From Syntrophaceae bacterium (GTDB lineage: Bacteria > Desulfobacterota > Syntrophia > Syntrophales > UBA2185), in the NCBI GenBank assembly GCA_003142295.1, contig PLLV01000135.1:3795-67794 (forward strand): a stretch of DNA of 64,000 bases. The letters run 5' to 3'. The notes beneath the pieces are model-generated. The model saw only the letters and a program-made list of their open reading frames with translations. It was not told the DNA's origin and did not search any database. The position numbers were made by a program, and so were the translations under genes. Below, piece after piece: positions 17,892-28,003 of this stretch. The first letter of the stretch is position 1. Each line of letters starts with the position of its first letter.

Positions 17892-19055
17892 TTAAGGGTT
17901 CGCAGTTGCGAAATACACGAATTTTCCGCCCTTGATTTGCACGATCACGGCGCTCTTTGTGGGATCGCCGGAGCCTTCCTTAAACTGCATATTCCCCGTC
18001 ACGCCCTCGTACTTCGGGATTTTAGCAAGGGCATCCCGGATTGAATCCCTGTCAAGCTTAGCGGCGGATTTGAGCGCCTGGAAGAGGAGGCCGAATGAGT
18101 CGTAAGTCAGAGCCGCCACATCGTCAGGCAGAGTTCCGTACTTCGCTTTGAATCCCTCGATAAACTTCGTTGCTACAGGTGTCGCCGCGTCGGCGGCATA
18201 GTGGGTGCTGAAATAGTATCCCTCGCAGTCGTTCCCGCAGAGCTTGTGCAGCTCCTGGGAGCCCCATGAATCGCTGCCCACAAAGGGCACGTTGATGCCC
18301 AGCCTCTTTGCCTGCTGGATCTGAAGCGGTATCTCGCTGTAGTAGTTCGGCAGAAATATCATGTCGGGCTGAGCTCTTTTGATTTTTGTGAGCTGTCCGG
18401 AGAAATCCTTGTCGTTTGTCGTATATGTTTCGAAGGCTACGACCTTGCCACCTGATTGCTCGAAAGTATCCTTGAATATCTCTGCGATGCCCTTGTTGTA
18501 TTCAGACGCAACGTCATAGAGGACGGCGGCATTCTTTACCTTAAGCGTTTCCAGCGCGAATTTCGCTACCACACGCCCCTGAAAAGGATCGATGAAGCAG
18601 GCGCGGAATACATACTTTTTCGGAGCATTCGTCTTCGCGTCCAGGGTAGTCTTCGGATTTGTCGACCAGGGTGTTATCATGACAACTTTAGAACTTTCCG
18701 CGATCTCCGAGGCAGGCAGCGCGTAACGAGTGGCATTCGGGCCGACGATCGCGTGAACCTTCTGCTGCGTGATCAGCTTCTGGGTAGCGGAAGCAGACTG
18801 GTCGGGTTTGCCGGCGTTGTCTTCAACAAAAAGCTCCACTTTGTATTTCTGTCCGGCTACATCGATTCCACCTGCGTCATTCACCTCTTTGACGGCCATC
18901 TCCGCTGCATTTTTACATGACTCACCTACAGCAGGCATATCGCCGGTCATTTCCGCATTTACCCCGATTCTGACAGTATTGCTTTTCTCGCCACAGGCCA
19001 CAGCGAGCAAAACTACACCAGCACATAAAAGAATCAAAAGGCCGAATTTTTTCAT
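17892..19055 (-). CDS. ABC transporter substrate-binding lipoprotein, LivJ/LivK (type I PBP) family
   Basis: 387 aa with signal peptide plus lipobox LAVAC and a Leu/Ile/Val-binding-protein-like sequence (IVGPNATRYAL, FLPNYY). It is the first gene of the liv operon. Confidence 0.85.
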   Translation of the reverse strand: MKKFGLLILLCAGVVLLAVACGEKSNTVRIGVNAEMTGDMPAVGESCKNAAEMAVKEVNDAGGIDVAGQKYKVELFVEDNAGKPDQSASATQKLITQQKVHAIVGPNATRYALPASEIAESSKVVMITPWSTNPKTTLDAKTNAPKKYVFRACFIDPFQGRVVAKFALETLKVKNAAVLYDVASEYNKGIAEIFKDTFEQSGGKVVAFETYTTNDKDFSGQLTKIKRAQPDMIFLPNYYSEIPLQIQQAKRLGINVPFVGSDSWGSQELHKLCGNDCEGYYFSTHYAADAATPVATKFIEGFKAKYGTLPDDVAALTYDSFGLLFQALKSAAKLDRDSIRDALAKIPKYEGVTGNMQFKEGSGDPTKSAVIVQIKGGKFVYFATANP

Positions 19056-19272
19056 ACTACCCTCCGTGCAATAATATTATTTGAAAAAGCGATGCTCAGA
19101 AGAATTTGTTTATTGATATTTATTGGAATTCCCCGTCAGGTGCGGGAAGTATAGGAGATGAGGTCATGTAAGTCAATATAATTTGGCGGCAATATTTGAC
19201 CGGCGCTTCCGTGCATTTCCCGAAAAGGCAGGGGGTATCTGGCACGCTCACTCATGACCGGGATTTGACGGC

Positions 19273-19482
19273 ATGATAGACATCGCTGATAATCTGCCCC
19301 GACAACCGCTCCAGGGATTCACTCAATCCCAGGGCCAGACCCTCGGGGCTATTTTCCTTATCACAGATCCCACGGAACATGAGCTTGAGAAATTAAAATA
19401 CGTGCGGAGGCTCTGTCAGTCCCTCGGTATCAAGGTATGGTATATCAACGAGGAACTGGAAAAGGCGCGCAAAAAAAAGTGA
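19273..19482 (+). CDS. Hypothetical small protein (69 aa)
   Basis: An isolated ORF between the liv promoter region and a REP unit, with no recognisable motif and no clear RBS. Confidence 0.25.
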   Translation: MIDIADNLPRQPLQGFTQSQGQTLGAIFLITDPTEHELEKLKYVRRLCQSLGIKVWYINEELEKARKKK

Positions 19483-19525
19483 GCGCCTGTAATATCTCAG
19501 CTTATTATGAAAATAGATTTTAAAA

Positions 19526-19582
19526 TGTCATTCCCGACCCCCGATAAGGACATTCGAGGGCAGGCTCTGATCGGGAATCCAG
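19526..19582. repeat. REP family 1, long unit
   Basis: tgtcattcccgacccccgataaggacattcgagggcaggctctgatcgggaatccag, an inverted copy of 7585-7647. Confidence 0.8.
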
Positions 19583-19653
19583 ATACTCCTGCATGTCACA
19601 TGACCATGCATCTCCATAATCCATTAACTTCAATTCCGTAACGAACAAAAAAC

Positions 19654-19710
19654 TTGACAGCATTATGGAGCGCATGTTATCTATCAAACGGTATAACTAA
19701 CTGGTTAGTT
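19654..19710 (+). promoter_or_regulatory. Sigma70-type promoter plus 16-bp palindromic operator upstream of the TetR gene
   Basis: TTGACA (19654-19659), 17 nt, TTATCT (19677-19682). A perfect palindrome AACTAAC-TG-GTTAGTT at 19695-19710 lies just downstream. Confidence 0.55.
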
Positions 19711-19739
19711 TACTATCGACTCTTTACGGAGGTGCAAGA

Positions 19740-20372
19740 ATGGACCTTCCATTGTCAGCCGGTAAAAAAAGCGGAACTGTTAAACGTATCCTCAAGGCCG
19801 CGGCAAGCGTCTTCTCGGAGTCCGGCTTTTCCGGGGCGCGGGTAGATGAGATTGCGAAGCGCGCAAGGGTCAATAAAGCCATGATTTATTATCATATTGG
19901 CGACAAGGAAAAGCTCTATGCGGAGGTCATCAGCAACGTTATCGGCAATACAGCGGAGATGATCGCCGGTAAGATAAGAGACATACGGGACCCTGAAGAA
20001 AAGCTCCGCGTCTATGTGCGCGCTTTTGCCCGCAATATAGATGATAACCCTCAAGTTGCTCCGGTCATGATGCGTGAAGTCGCCTCCGGAGGAAAGCACC
20101 TCCCGGAGGTGGTGGCGCGGGATATTTTCCGTATCGTAAATATGCTCAGGGGAATCCTTAAAGAGGGTGTGAAAAAGGGAATCTTCATAGAAACGGTTCC
20201 CTTCCTGATACACATAATGGTTATCGGAGCCATGATAACCTATAAAACCAGCGCGCCTATCAGGGCCAGGTATAACTGGCTGCCTGCGGGCATAAAGAGA
20301 TTGGACGATAGGATATCCGGTGATATTGCCGGTGAAATCGAAAAGCTCATTTTAAGAGCCGTGAAGAAATGA
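19740..20372 (+). CDS. TetR/AcrR family transcriptional regulator
   Basis: 210 aa. The N-terminal HTH ILKAAASVFSESGFSGARVDEIAKRARVNKAMIYYHIGDKEKLY heads the efflux operon, as ybiH/cecR does for ybhGFSR. Confidence 0.9.
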   Translation: MDLPLSAGKKSGTVKRILKAAASVFSESGFSGARVDEIAKRARVNKAMIYYHIGDKEKLYAEVISNVIGNTAEMIAGKIRDIRDPEEKLRVYVRAFARNIDDNPQVAPVMMREVASGGKHLPEVVARDIFRIVNMLRGILKEGVKKGIFIETVPFLIHIMVIGAMITYKTSAPIRARYNWLPAGIKRLDDRISGDIAGEIEKLILRAVKK

Positions 20373-20385
20373 AGGGAAGGGAAAT

Positions 20386-21723
20386 ATGCAGACGAAGAAT
20401 ATGAATTTAATATTTTCTGCGACGATATTGCTTTTCTGTATTACTTATGAGACAGCTCTATCTGCGGAAAGGCTGACTCTGCAACAGAGTATCGATCTGG
20501 CCCTAAGGCAGAGTGTTCTTATCCAGTCGGCCCAGGAAGGGGTAAAGGGGGCGGAAGCCCAGAAGCGAGAGGCTTTTACGGGATTTCTGCCAAAGTTCAG
20601 TACCTATTACAGTTACTCGAGGCTTAATGTGGACCCGACACTGACTGCTACCCTTCCGGGCACGGGTCCATTTACAATGATCACAGGGACAAAAGATAAT
20701 TACAGCTGGGCTGTGGAAGTGAAACAACCCATCTTTGCCGGCGGGGGGATCATCGCAAATTATGAGGCAGGCCGGCTCGGCCATGAAATCGCGTCACTGG
20801 AGGAAACGACAGTCGTTCAGGATATGGTCCAGGAGGTTAGAGTAGCCTATTTCAATGTTCTGAAGGCGGAGAGGGGCCTCGACGTGGCAAGACAATCGGT
20901 GGAGCAGCTCGACGCACACCGCAGTATGGCCCAGGATTTTTTTGATGTCGGTGTGATTCCCAAGAACGACCTCCTCCGTGCCGAGGTGGAGCTCGCGAAT
21001 GGCCGGCAGAATCTTATCAGGGCGGAAAACGCTGTGGAGATGGCAAAAGCGAAATTCAATACTGTCCTCCGGAGGGAAATCGATACACCGACTGAAGTAG
21101 AGGACATTCTCACCCTCAGGCCCTACGCCAGGACTTTCGATGAATGCCAGAAGCTTGCAATGGAAAACAGGCCGGAAGTTAAGTCCTATACCCGGAAAGT
21201 CGAACAGTCACAGAAACTGGTCAAACTGGCCAAGAGTGAATATCTCCCTTCTGTAAATGTGGTCGGCCACTTTGAACGCTACGGTGACAACGCCAATGTT
21301 AACGGAAGCCCCTATAGAAATCAGGACAACACGTATGTCATGGGGATGGCCACCTGGAATTTCTGGGAGTGGGGCAGAACAAAAAACCGGGTCGACGCAA
21401 GCCGCTCCCGGCAGAACCAGACAGCCTATGCTTTGGACAATATAAAAGATCAGGTCGCTCTCGAGGTCAAAAACGCCTGGTTGGCGCTCCATGAGGCCGA
21501 AAAACAGGTGGCGGTTACAAAAAAATCAATTGAGCAGGCAGATGAGAACTTCCGTGTCAGCAGAGAAAGATACCAGGAGCATGTAGGAACGTCAACGGAT
21601 GTCATCGATGCGCAAACCCTGCTGACAAAAGCGAAAACGGATTACTTCAATGCCTTAAGCGACTACAACATAAGCATAGCCAGACTGGAGAGGGCGATGG
21701 GTGTGCGGGAGGTTTTGCCGTGA
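20386..21723 (+). CDS. TolC-family outer membrane efflux protein
   Basis: 445 aa with a signal peptide and two OEP repeats (LTLQQSIDLALRQS..., ...DYFNALSDYNISIARLERAMG). Confidence 0.9.
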   Translation: MQTKNMNLIFSATILLFCITYETALSAERLTLQQSIDLALRQSVLIQSAQEGVKGAEAQKREAFTGFLPKFSTYYSYSRLNVDPTLTATLPGTGPFTMITGTKDNYSWAVEVKQPIFAGGGIIANYEAGRLGHEIASLEETTVVQDMVQEVRVAYFNVLKAERGLDVARQSVEQLDAHRSMAQDFFDVGVIPKNDLLRAEVELANGRQNLIRAENAVEMAKAKFNTVLRREIDTPTEVEDILTLRPYARTFDECQKLAMENRPEVKSYTRKVEQSQKLVKLAKSEYLPSVNVVGHFERYGDNANVNGSPYRNQDNTYVMGMATWNFWEWGRTKNRVDASRSRQNQTAYALDNIKDQVALEVKNAWLALHEAEKQVAVTKKSIEQADENFRVSRERYQEHVGTSTDVIDAQTLLTKAKTDYFNALSDYNISIARLERAMGVREVLP

Positions 21724-22730
21724 AGAAGAGGATAATCATCATAGTTTTTGTGGTTCTCCTTGTAGGTGTTGGCTCCCTGGTCTATTTTGGACAGTGGCAG
21801 TCCCAGCGAGGTGAACTTTATTATTCCGGGACGATTGAGGCAACTAATTCCAATCTCGCCTTCCAGGTAAGTGGACGCGTCATCAACGTGGCTGTCAGGG
21901 AAGGCTATGACGTCAAAAAGGATCAACTCCTTGCCGAGCTCGATCCCACTGAATTTCAGTCAAAGAAAGAGCAGGCACAGGCAAATCATGATCGGTCGAT
22001 CAATACACGGGATCAGATGGCCACAATGCTTAACATATACAAAAGCACCCTTCCTGCCGATGTGGTGAGGGCGGAGACAAATGTCACAAGCGCGCGAGAC
22101 GTCATGGATGATGCCCGGAAGAATTATCAGCGATACGAGCAATTATTCAAGAGAGGTGTTGTTACGGAAAAGGAAAGGGACTCCGTAAAGCTCGGCTATG
22201 ATACGGCTAAATCCAGGCTTGATGATATGGAAGCCGCCCTGAGACAGGCGAAGAGCAATCTGAAAAGGATTGAAGCAACGGAGAAGGAAATAGAGGCAGC
22301 CGTTTCCCAGATCAGACAGGCCAAAGCGGCTCGCGAACAGTCCGACATTCAATTGCAATATACCCGGTTACTCGCCCCCTACAACGGGATCATCACGAGC
22401 CGTAACGTTGAACCCGGAGAAGTGGTGAGCCCCGGCCGCGAGGTTCTGACCATGGCCGATCTGTCCACCGTGGATCTCAAGATATTCGTGGATGAGACGG
22501 AGATCGGAAAGGTGAAACCGGGACAGGATGTGGACGTGAAAATCGATACCTTTCCCAATAAGGTTTACAAAGGGAAGGTAACATTTATCTCACCTGAAGG
22601 TGAATTTACCCCTAAGATCATCCAGACCAAAAAAGAAAGGGTGAAACTGGTGTACCTCGTGAAGGTCTCCATTCCTAATCCTTCTTTCGAACTGAAGTCC
22701 GGCATGCCGGCGGACGCCTGGCTGCGATGA
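21720..22730 (+). CDS. HlyD-family membrane fusion protein (YbhG-like)
   Basis: 336 aa with an N-terminal TM helix, a coiled-coil hairpin and a C-terminal beta-barrel (LKSGMPADAWL). It overlaps the tolC-like stop. Confidence 0.9.
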   Translation: MKKRIIIIVFVVLLVGVGSLVYFGQWQSQRGELYYSGTIEATNSNLAFQVSGRVINVAVREGYDVKKDQLLAELDPTEFQSKKEQAQANHDRSINTRDQMATMLNIYKSTLPADVVRAETNVTSARDVMDDARKNYQRYEQLFKRGVVTEKERDSVKLGYDTAKSRLDDMEAALRQAKSNLKRIEATEKEIEAAVSQIRQAKAAREQSDIQLQYTRLLAPYNGIITSRNVEPGEVVSPGREVLTMADLSTVDLKIFVDETEIGKVKPGQDVDVKIDTFPNKVYKGKVTFISPEGEFTPKIIQTKKERVKLVYLVKVSIPNPSFELKSGMPADAWLR

Positions 22731-22860
22731 AAATCCCTCCCAACCTCCCTTTTAGAAAGGGAGGAGTTGATGCATCCACTCTTTGAAAAAAGCGGATTGA
22801 GGGGGATTTCTCAATGGGGATTTTCAAGTCTCCCCGGCTCCCTTTTTAAGAGGGAAGAAT
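22731..22860. repeat. REP family 3 cluster inside the efflux operon
   Basis: cctcccttttagaaagggagg, ctctttgaaaaaagcgg, ggggatttctcaatgggga and ggctccctttttaagagggaag lie in the 144-nt spacer between the hlyD-like gene and the first ABC ATPase gene. Confidence 0.75.
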
Positions 22861-22874
22861 AGAAGTTTCGGAGA

Positions 22875-23648
22875 GTGCCGACCATGGTCGCAGACAATAT
22901 ATCTTTCATTTCCATAAAGAATGTGTCCATGCGCTTTGGCGACGTGGAAGCAGTGCGCGATGTGACGCTATCCGTGGATGAGGGAACCATCTTCGGTCTC
23001 GTAGGGTCCGATGGGGCAGGAAAATCAACACTGCTTCGGATGGTAGCGACCATGATCCCGCCGGTATCAGGGAACATTCTGATCAGCACTCTGGACGTGG
23101 TCAGGGACAAACAGCGGGTAAAACCTTTGATCGGCTATATGCCGCAGCGTTTTGGCCTGTACCAGGACCTGACAGTTGAAGAAAACATGAAATTCTTCAT
23201 GGACGTTTTTAATGTCCCAAGGCAAGAACGTGCGCGGAGAAGGGAGAAGTACCTCGGATTTTCGAATCTGCTCCCCTTTGTCAATCGTCAGGCAGGCAAC
23301 CTCTCCGGCGGAATGAAACAGAAACTGGGATTGGCCTGCGTTCTGGCTCATGAACCGAAGGTGTTGATCCTCGATGAACCGACGAACGGCGTGGATCCTG
23401 TTTCGCGGCAGGAGTTCTGGGAAATACTCGCCCAGATGCGCGCGGATGGCATGACCATCATGGTTTCCACCGCTTATCTCGATGAGGGAGAAAAATGTGA
23501 CCGGCTGGCGCTGATGCATCGTTCCCGCATTCTTGACATTGCCGCGCCGCAAGAAATACGCGGCCGTTTCGTAAGCCTCGAAGAGGCCATGATCAACCGC
23601 ATCCAGGAAGTGGATAAGGAGATTGTTCATGATTCCTTCAAACGGTGA
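22875..23648 (+). CDS. ABC transporter ATP-binding protein (first YbhF-like half)
   Basis: 257 aa with GSDGAGKST, LSGGMKQKLGLA and VLILDEPT. Confidence 0.9.
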   Translation: MPTMVADNISFISIKNVSMRFGDVEAVRDVTLSVDEGTIFGLVGSDGAGKSTLLRMVATMIPPVSGNILISTLDVVRDKQRVKPLIGYMPQRFGLYQDLTVEENMKFFMDVFNVPRQERARRREKYLGFSNLLPFVNRQAGNLSGGMKQKLGLACVLAHEPKVLILDEPTNGVDPVSRQEFWEILAQMRADGMTIMVSTAYLDEGEKCDRLALMHRSRILDIAAPQEIRGRFVSLEEAMINRIQEVDKEIVHDSFKR

Positions 23649-24405
23649 GGCCGTATCTGTAACTGCTCTTGAAAAGCGATTCGGCGCCTTCGTTGCGGTG
23701 GATAAAATCACCTTCTCCGTAAAACGAGGAGAAATCTTCGGTTTCCTCGGGCCCAACGGTTCCGGGAAATCGACGACCATCCGCATGCTCTGCGGCATAC
23801 TGACTCCCACTTCCGGCAGCGGCCATGTAGCAGGACACGATATCGTAAGAGAGCCCGAGGAAATCAAAAAATCTATCGGGTACATGTCCCAGAAGTTTTC
23901 CCTCTATGAAGACTTAAGTCCTTACGAAAATATCCGATTCTATCTGGGCATCTACGCTGTGCCCGAGGACCAGTGGAAAGAGCGCATTGACTGGGTTCTG
24001 GATATGACACAGCTTGAGGAGGTGCGTAATCGATACACCCGGGAACTGCCGCAAGGCTGGCGTCAGCGTCTGGCCTTGGGCTGTGCCCTCCTCCACCGCC
24101 CGGACATCCTCTTTCTGGATGAACCCACATCGGGCGTGGATCCCATTACACGCCAGCACTTCTGGGATTTCATCCGTCAACTGGCTTCGGAGGGAATCAC
24201 GGTGTTTGTTACTACCCACTATATGGATGAAGCCCGGCATTGCGGGCGGATCGTGATGATCAATGAGGGCAAAATAGTTGCCGTCGGGAGTCCCGCGGAA
24301 ATCATTGCCGCAGCATGTCCGGGTCGTCCTGATGCCGACTTGAATGAAGCCTTTATCACCCTCATGTCTGGGAAAACAACTTCTGACGAGGTATCTCACC
24401 ATTGA
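23629..24405 (+). CDS. ABC transporter ATP-binding protein (second YbhF-like half)
   Basis: GPNGSGKST, a signature region and ILFLDEPTSG. The start is an ATG at 23629 (or TTG at 23623) and overlaps the preceding stop by about 20 nt. Confidence 0.9.
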   Translation: MIPSNGEAVSVTALEKRFGAFVAVDKITFSVKRGEIFGFLGPNGSGKSTTIRMLCGILTPTSGSGHVAGHDIVREPEEIKKSIGYMSQKFSLYEDLSPYENIRFYLGIYAVPEDQWKERIDWVLDMTQLEEVRNRYTRELPQGWRQRLALGCALLHRPDILFLDEPTSGVDPITRQHFWDFIRQLASEGITVFVTTHYMDEARHCGRIVMINEGKIVAVGSPAEIIAAACPGRPDADLNEAFITLMSGKTTSDEVSHH

Positions 24406-25535
24406 GACTGAGAAATATTCAAGCTGTCACCCGCAAGGAGTTCTATCATCTGATACGGGATTTCCGGAGCCTGTATCTGGCGTTTGCCCTTCCGCTGCTG
24501 CTCATTCTTCTCTTCGGCTATGCCCTGAGTCTTGATGTCGATAATGTGGAAACGGTCGTGGTGGATCATGACAATACAGATCTGAGCCGGGACTTCATAC
24601 AGCATATCGGCGCCTCCCCGTATTTTCATATTGGGGCTCACCTGCCCAATACAAAAGCCGCCACCGAATATTTAGACCGCGGGCGTGCAATACTTGCGAT
24701 CATAATACCCCCTAACTGGACAAGGGATATTCGTTCGGACCGTGCAGCTCAACTGCAGGTCCTTCTCGATGGAAGCGACCCCAGCTTTGCCAATATCACA
24801 AGGGGATATGTGAATGCCTTCATCTCACAGTACAATCAGAAACTGCTTGTTGCATTCCTTGACCGGCAGGGGATGGAGCAGATAAAGCCGCCTATCAATG
24901 GCAGGGTGCGCGTATGGTTTAACGAAGAACTGGAGAGCCGTAATTTCATAGTTCCCGGGATGATTGCCGTCATCATCATGATCGTGGGGGCCATGCTGAC
25001 CTCCCTGGTCATCGCCCGGGAATACGAGAACGGGACAATGGAAACGATCAAATCTCTTCCGCTCTCTGCCGGTGACTTGCTGATCGGCAAGGCGATCCCG
25101 TATTTCTTTGTAGGACTGACCGATGTCCTTATCTCCATTCTCATGGGGCAGGTTCTCTTCGGTGTCGTCATGAAGTCCAGCTTCTGGTTGATGATCTTAG
25201 CCTCTTCCATTTATCTATCCGTCGCCCTGACGTTGGGTATGCTCATTTCTTGCGTCACGAAAACTCAACTGCTTGCCAATCAGGGCGCCATTCTTCTGAC
25301 TTACCTTCCCTCACTGCTTCTGTCTAATTTCGTTTTCCCGGTGATCAATATGCCGAAGGTCCTGCAGCTCGTGACATACGTCGTTCCCGCCACCTATTAT
25401 GTCAATATTCTGAGCGGCTTATATCTGCGTAACCTCGGGCTCGCCCACCTGTGGCCGAGTTATTTAGTCATGATCTTCATGTTCGCCGTTCTCGCGGTCC
25501 TGAACTACGTGCTGCTGAAGAAGGAGGGGCTGTAA
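24402..25535 (+). CDS. ABC-2 type transporter permease (YbhS-like)
   Basis: 377 aa with an N-terminal TM, a large periplasmic loop and a C-terminal 5-TM ABC2_membrane_3 architecture. Confidence 0.85.
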   Translation: MRLRNIQAVTRKEFYHLIRDFRSLYLAFALPLLLILLFGYALSLDVDNVETVVVDHDNTDLSRDFIQHIGASPYFHIGAHLPNTKAATEYLDRGRAILAIIIPPNWTRDIRSDRAAQLQVLLDGSDPSFANITRGYVNAFISQYNQKLLVAFLDRQGMEQIKPPINGRVRVWFNEELESRNFIVPGMIAVIIMIVGAMLTSLVIAREYENGTMETIKSLPLSAGDLLIGKAIPYFFVGLTDVLISILMGQVLFGVVMKSSFWLMILASSIYLSVALTLGMLISCVTKTQLLANQGAILLTYLPSLLLSNFVFPVINMPKVLQLVTYVVPATYYVNILSGLYLRNLGLAHLWPSYLVMIFMFAVLAVLNYVLLKKEGL

Positions 25536-25536
25536 C

Positions 25537-26658
25537 ATGAACTGGCTTCGCATCCGGGAACTTGTACGTAAGGAGTTTATTCTCCTCTTCCGCCACAAGA
25601 GAAGCAGGCGCGTTCTCGTCGTTGCGCCGCTTATCCAGTTGCTGTTATTCGGATACGTCGTGAATTACGATATAAGTGTCATCCAGATCGCTATTCTTGA
25701 TCAGTCCCGCACACGGGAAAGCCGTATGGTCGCTGACGCCTTCAGCGCTAATAAAATCTTCAGGATTACGCAGGTTTTGCGGGACGACCGTGAACTGGAG
25801 CAGGCTCTATTAAATGCAAAGGTCGATATGGCCATCAAGATCGGACCTGATCTGAGCAAAAAAATCAGAAAAGGAGAAACGGCGGAAGTTCAAATCATTG
25901 CCGATGGGACCATGAGCAACATGGCGTCCGTCCGGATAGCTTATTCCATGCTGGTCATTGAAAAGTTGAACCAGGACCTGCTCAAGGAGCTGTATCCCAG
26001 GCACATGGATTACGGTAAAATCGACGCGAGAATCAGAACGTGGTACAATCCAAACCTTGACAGTCAGTATTTCTTTGTTCCCGGCATCGTCGCCTTTGTG
26101 ATTATGCTGATCGCCCTGCTTTTGACCTCGATTGCCATCATCAAGGAAAAAGAGGCCGGTACAATTGAGCAGTTAATTGTGACTCCGTTAAAGCCTATCG
26201 AACTCATTGTGGGGAAAACGATCCCTTATATCATCATCTCAATCCTGCAGATGGTCGCGGTTACGGTTCTTGCCGTTGTCTGGTTTGAGATACCGCTATC
26301 CGGGAGCGTCATCCTGCTCTTTATTGCCACATGCCTCTTTCTTCTGAGCACCCTGGGTGTGGGCCTCTTTATCTCCACCGTTTCCTCAACACAGCAGCAG
26401 GCCATGATGACCACATTCTTCTTTATTCTTCCCTTCTTCATGCTAAGCGGCTTTGTCTTTCCCATTGTCAACATGCCGGTTGTCGTTCAATGGTTGACAT
26501 ACCTGAACCCTTTGAGGTATTTTCTGGTCATCATCAGGGGCATTTTCCTGAAAGGCATTGGTCTTGAAATTCTCTGGCCCCAGTATGCAGCGCTGACCGT
26601 TCTCGGCCTTATTGTGTTTACCGGCGCCGTAAGACGTTTCAGGAAACGGCTTGATTAA
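25537..26658 (+). CDS. ABC-2 type transporter permease (YbhR-like)
   Basis: 373 aa, a paralogue of the preceding permease (shared ...KE.E.GT.E....PL....L..GK..PY... motif). Confidence 0.85.
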   Translation: MNWLRIRELVRKEFILLFRHKRSRRVLVVAPLIQLLLFGYVVNYDISVIQIAILDQSRTRESRMVADAFSANKIFRITQVLRDDRELEQALLNAKVDMAIKIGPDLSKKIRKGETAEVQIIADGTMSNMASVRIAYSMLVIEKLNQDLLKELYPRHMDYGKIDARIRTWYNPNLDSQYFFVPGIVAFVIMLIALLLTSIAIIKEKEAGTIEQLIVTPLKPIELIVGKTIPYIIISILQMVAVTVLAVVWFEIPLSGSVILLFIATCLFLLSTLGVGLFISTVSSTQQQAMMTTFFFILPFFMLSGFVFPIVNMPVVVQWLTYLNPLRYFLVIIRGIFLKGIGLEILWPQYAALTVLGLIVFTGAVRRFRKRLD

Positions 26659-26674
26659 GGAAGGGGCAGGCATC

Positions 26675-27394
26675 ATGACAACTTCTGATTCTTCCCTAAA
26701 ATACAACCCTTTCGGAGAGCTGAAGAACTGCGTCGGATGCAGGCCGCTTCCTAAGCCGGCTTCCGCTTTCGCATCCAAATGTGAGCCGGAGCCTGCCGCT
26801 GATCCTGAAATTGAAGAAAAAGTTTTTCTGGAGGCCGTTCTGGATGTGAAACCAATACAGAGGGATAAATGCGCGGGGAATAAAATCAGGATCAAGCCGC
26901 CGGATGACGTCAAAGAGTCCCCTGAAGCGGCAATAGTCGGGCAGCTTACGAATCTCGTAAAATATGGAGAAGGTTTCGTAATTTCGGATACACCGGAGTA
27001 CATCGAGGGCACAGGCTATGATGTGCATCCGGAGTTTGCCGGGAGACTCCATCGTGGAGATTTTTCCATACAGGCCCACGTCGATCTTCACGGACAGAGC
27101 GTAGCGGAGGCAAAGAAAACATTCGAAGAGTTCTTGAAAGGGGCAGTCAAATCAGGCAGGAGGGCAGTTCTGATTGTCCACGGACGCGGTCTCTCTTCGC
27201 CCGGCGAACCGGTCCTGAAAAATAACGTCCGTGAGTGGCTTACCCGCGGTCACTGGCGCAAGTGGGTGATAGCCTTCTCAAGCGCGCAGTCTTATGACGG
27301 CGGCGCAGGCGCAACGTACATCCTCCTCCGCCACAGGCCGGTTTCAAAACGGTCAAGAAGGCAGGGCCCGGCCGCTCCATCAGTGCGCAAATGA
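26675..27394 (+). CDS. Smr-domain protein
   Basis: The C-terminus reads VDLHGQSVAEAKKTFEEFLKGAVKSGRRAVLIVHGRGLSS...VREWL (Smr/MutS2 C-terminal nuclease domain). The start is taken at the ATG at 26675, downstream of AAGGAAGGGG. Confidence 0.8.
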   Translation: MTTSDSSLKYNPFGELKNCVGCRPLPKPASAFASKCEPEPAADPEIEEKVFLEAVLDVKPIQRDKCAGNKIRIKPPDDVKESPEAAIVGQLTNLVKYGEGFVISDTPEYIEGTGYDVHPEFAGRLHRGDFSIQAHVDLHGQSVAEAKKTFEEFLKGAVKSGRRAVLIVHGRGLSSPGEPVLKNNVREWLTRGHWRKWVIAFSSAQSYDGGAGATYILLRHRPVSKRSRRQGPAAPSVRK

Positions 27395-27424
27395 TAAAAT
27401 CCATCGGGGAGGTGACATCCGGAG

Positions 27425-27865
27425 ATGACGCATACTTTTTTGTTTCAGGAGGGAGTCTGGATTGCCCGAGGCCATTACTTTGATGACATGGATCGAATTT
27501 TGCCGTTCGATGGAATGGTCAGAATCACGCACCTGGAAGGTTTGTGGCTGAATGAAGGGGAGGTGGAAATCAAGATGGGAGAAAATCCGATCAAGATCCA
27601 CAATCGTTATGAAATTATTCCTCTCGAAGAAGGCAAGAATCAGACGACCTGGGAATCCGTGAACCCTGACCTGGGAATTCTGCTGGGCCGGTTTATCATC
27701 GTTGCTGATACGATTATCTCCACCTGCCGCTCAGAAAAAGGTGAATACACCGGAGCCGAATTCCATATAAAAGTAAGTGATGTCCATTATAAGAATCGGG
27801 GTATTCTCTTAAAAGGAAATGACAAATTGTCATCCTGGAGCGTAGATCTGCAAAAATCATCTTAA
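27425..27865 (+). CDS. Hypothetical protein (146 aa)
   Basis: The ORF has GGGAGG upstream. It is beta-rich with no motif I recognise. Confidence 0.5.
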   Translation: MTHTFLFQEGVWIARGHYFDDMDRILPFDGMVRITHLEGLWLNEGEVEIKMGENPIKIHNRYEIIPLEEGKNQTTWESVNPDLGILLGRFIIVADTIISTCRSEKGEYTGAEFHIKVSDVHYKNRGILLKGNDKLSSWSVDLQKSS

Positions 27866-28003
27866 GGCTTATGAAAGTAGTCTTTTTCGGTGTCATAAAA
27901 CGTCTCAGAAAACGGCTTGATTAAGTAGGGTGTTTCCTGTAAATATCCTGAACATCTCATCCATAAAAAACTTCGCCGAAGCCTGGTCAATGGAGAAGGG
28001 ACA

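Noticed and set aside
19240-19256. Sigma54-like TGGCAC element upstream of the small ORF at 19273.
   Set aside because: The -12 element is missing (CTCAT instead of TTGCW at the correct spacing), and no enhancer-binding protein gene is nearby.
23623-23648. A 26-nt overlap between the two ABC ATPase ORFs, as a possible frameshift of a fused YbhF-type gene.
   Set aside because: Each half has a complete Walker A, signature and Walker B set and its own plausible start (ATG at 23629). A short overlap is typical translational coupling, and no homopolymer lies at the junction.
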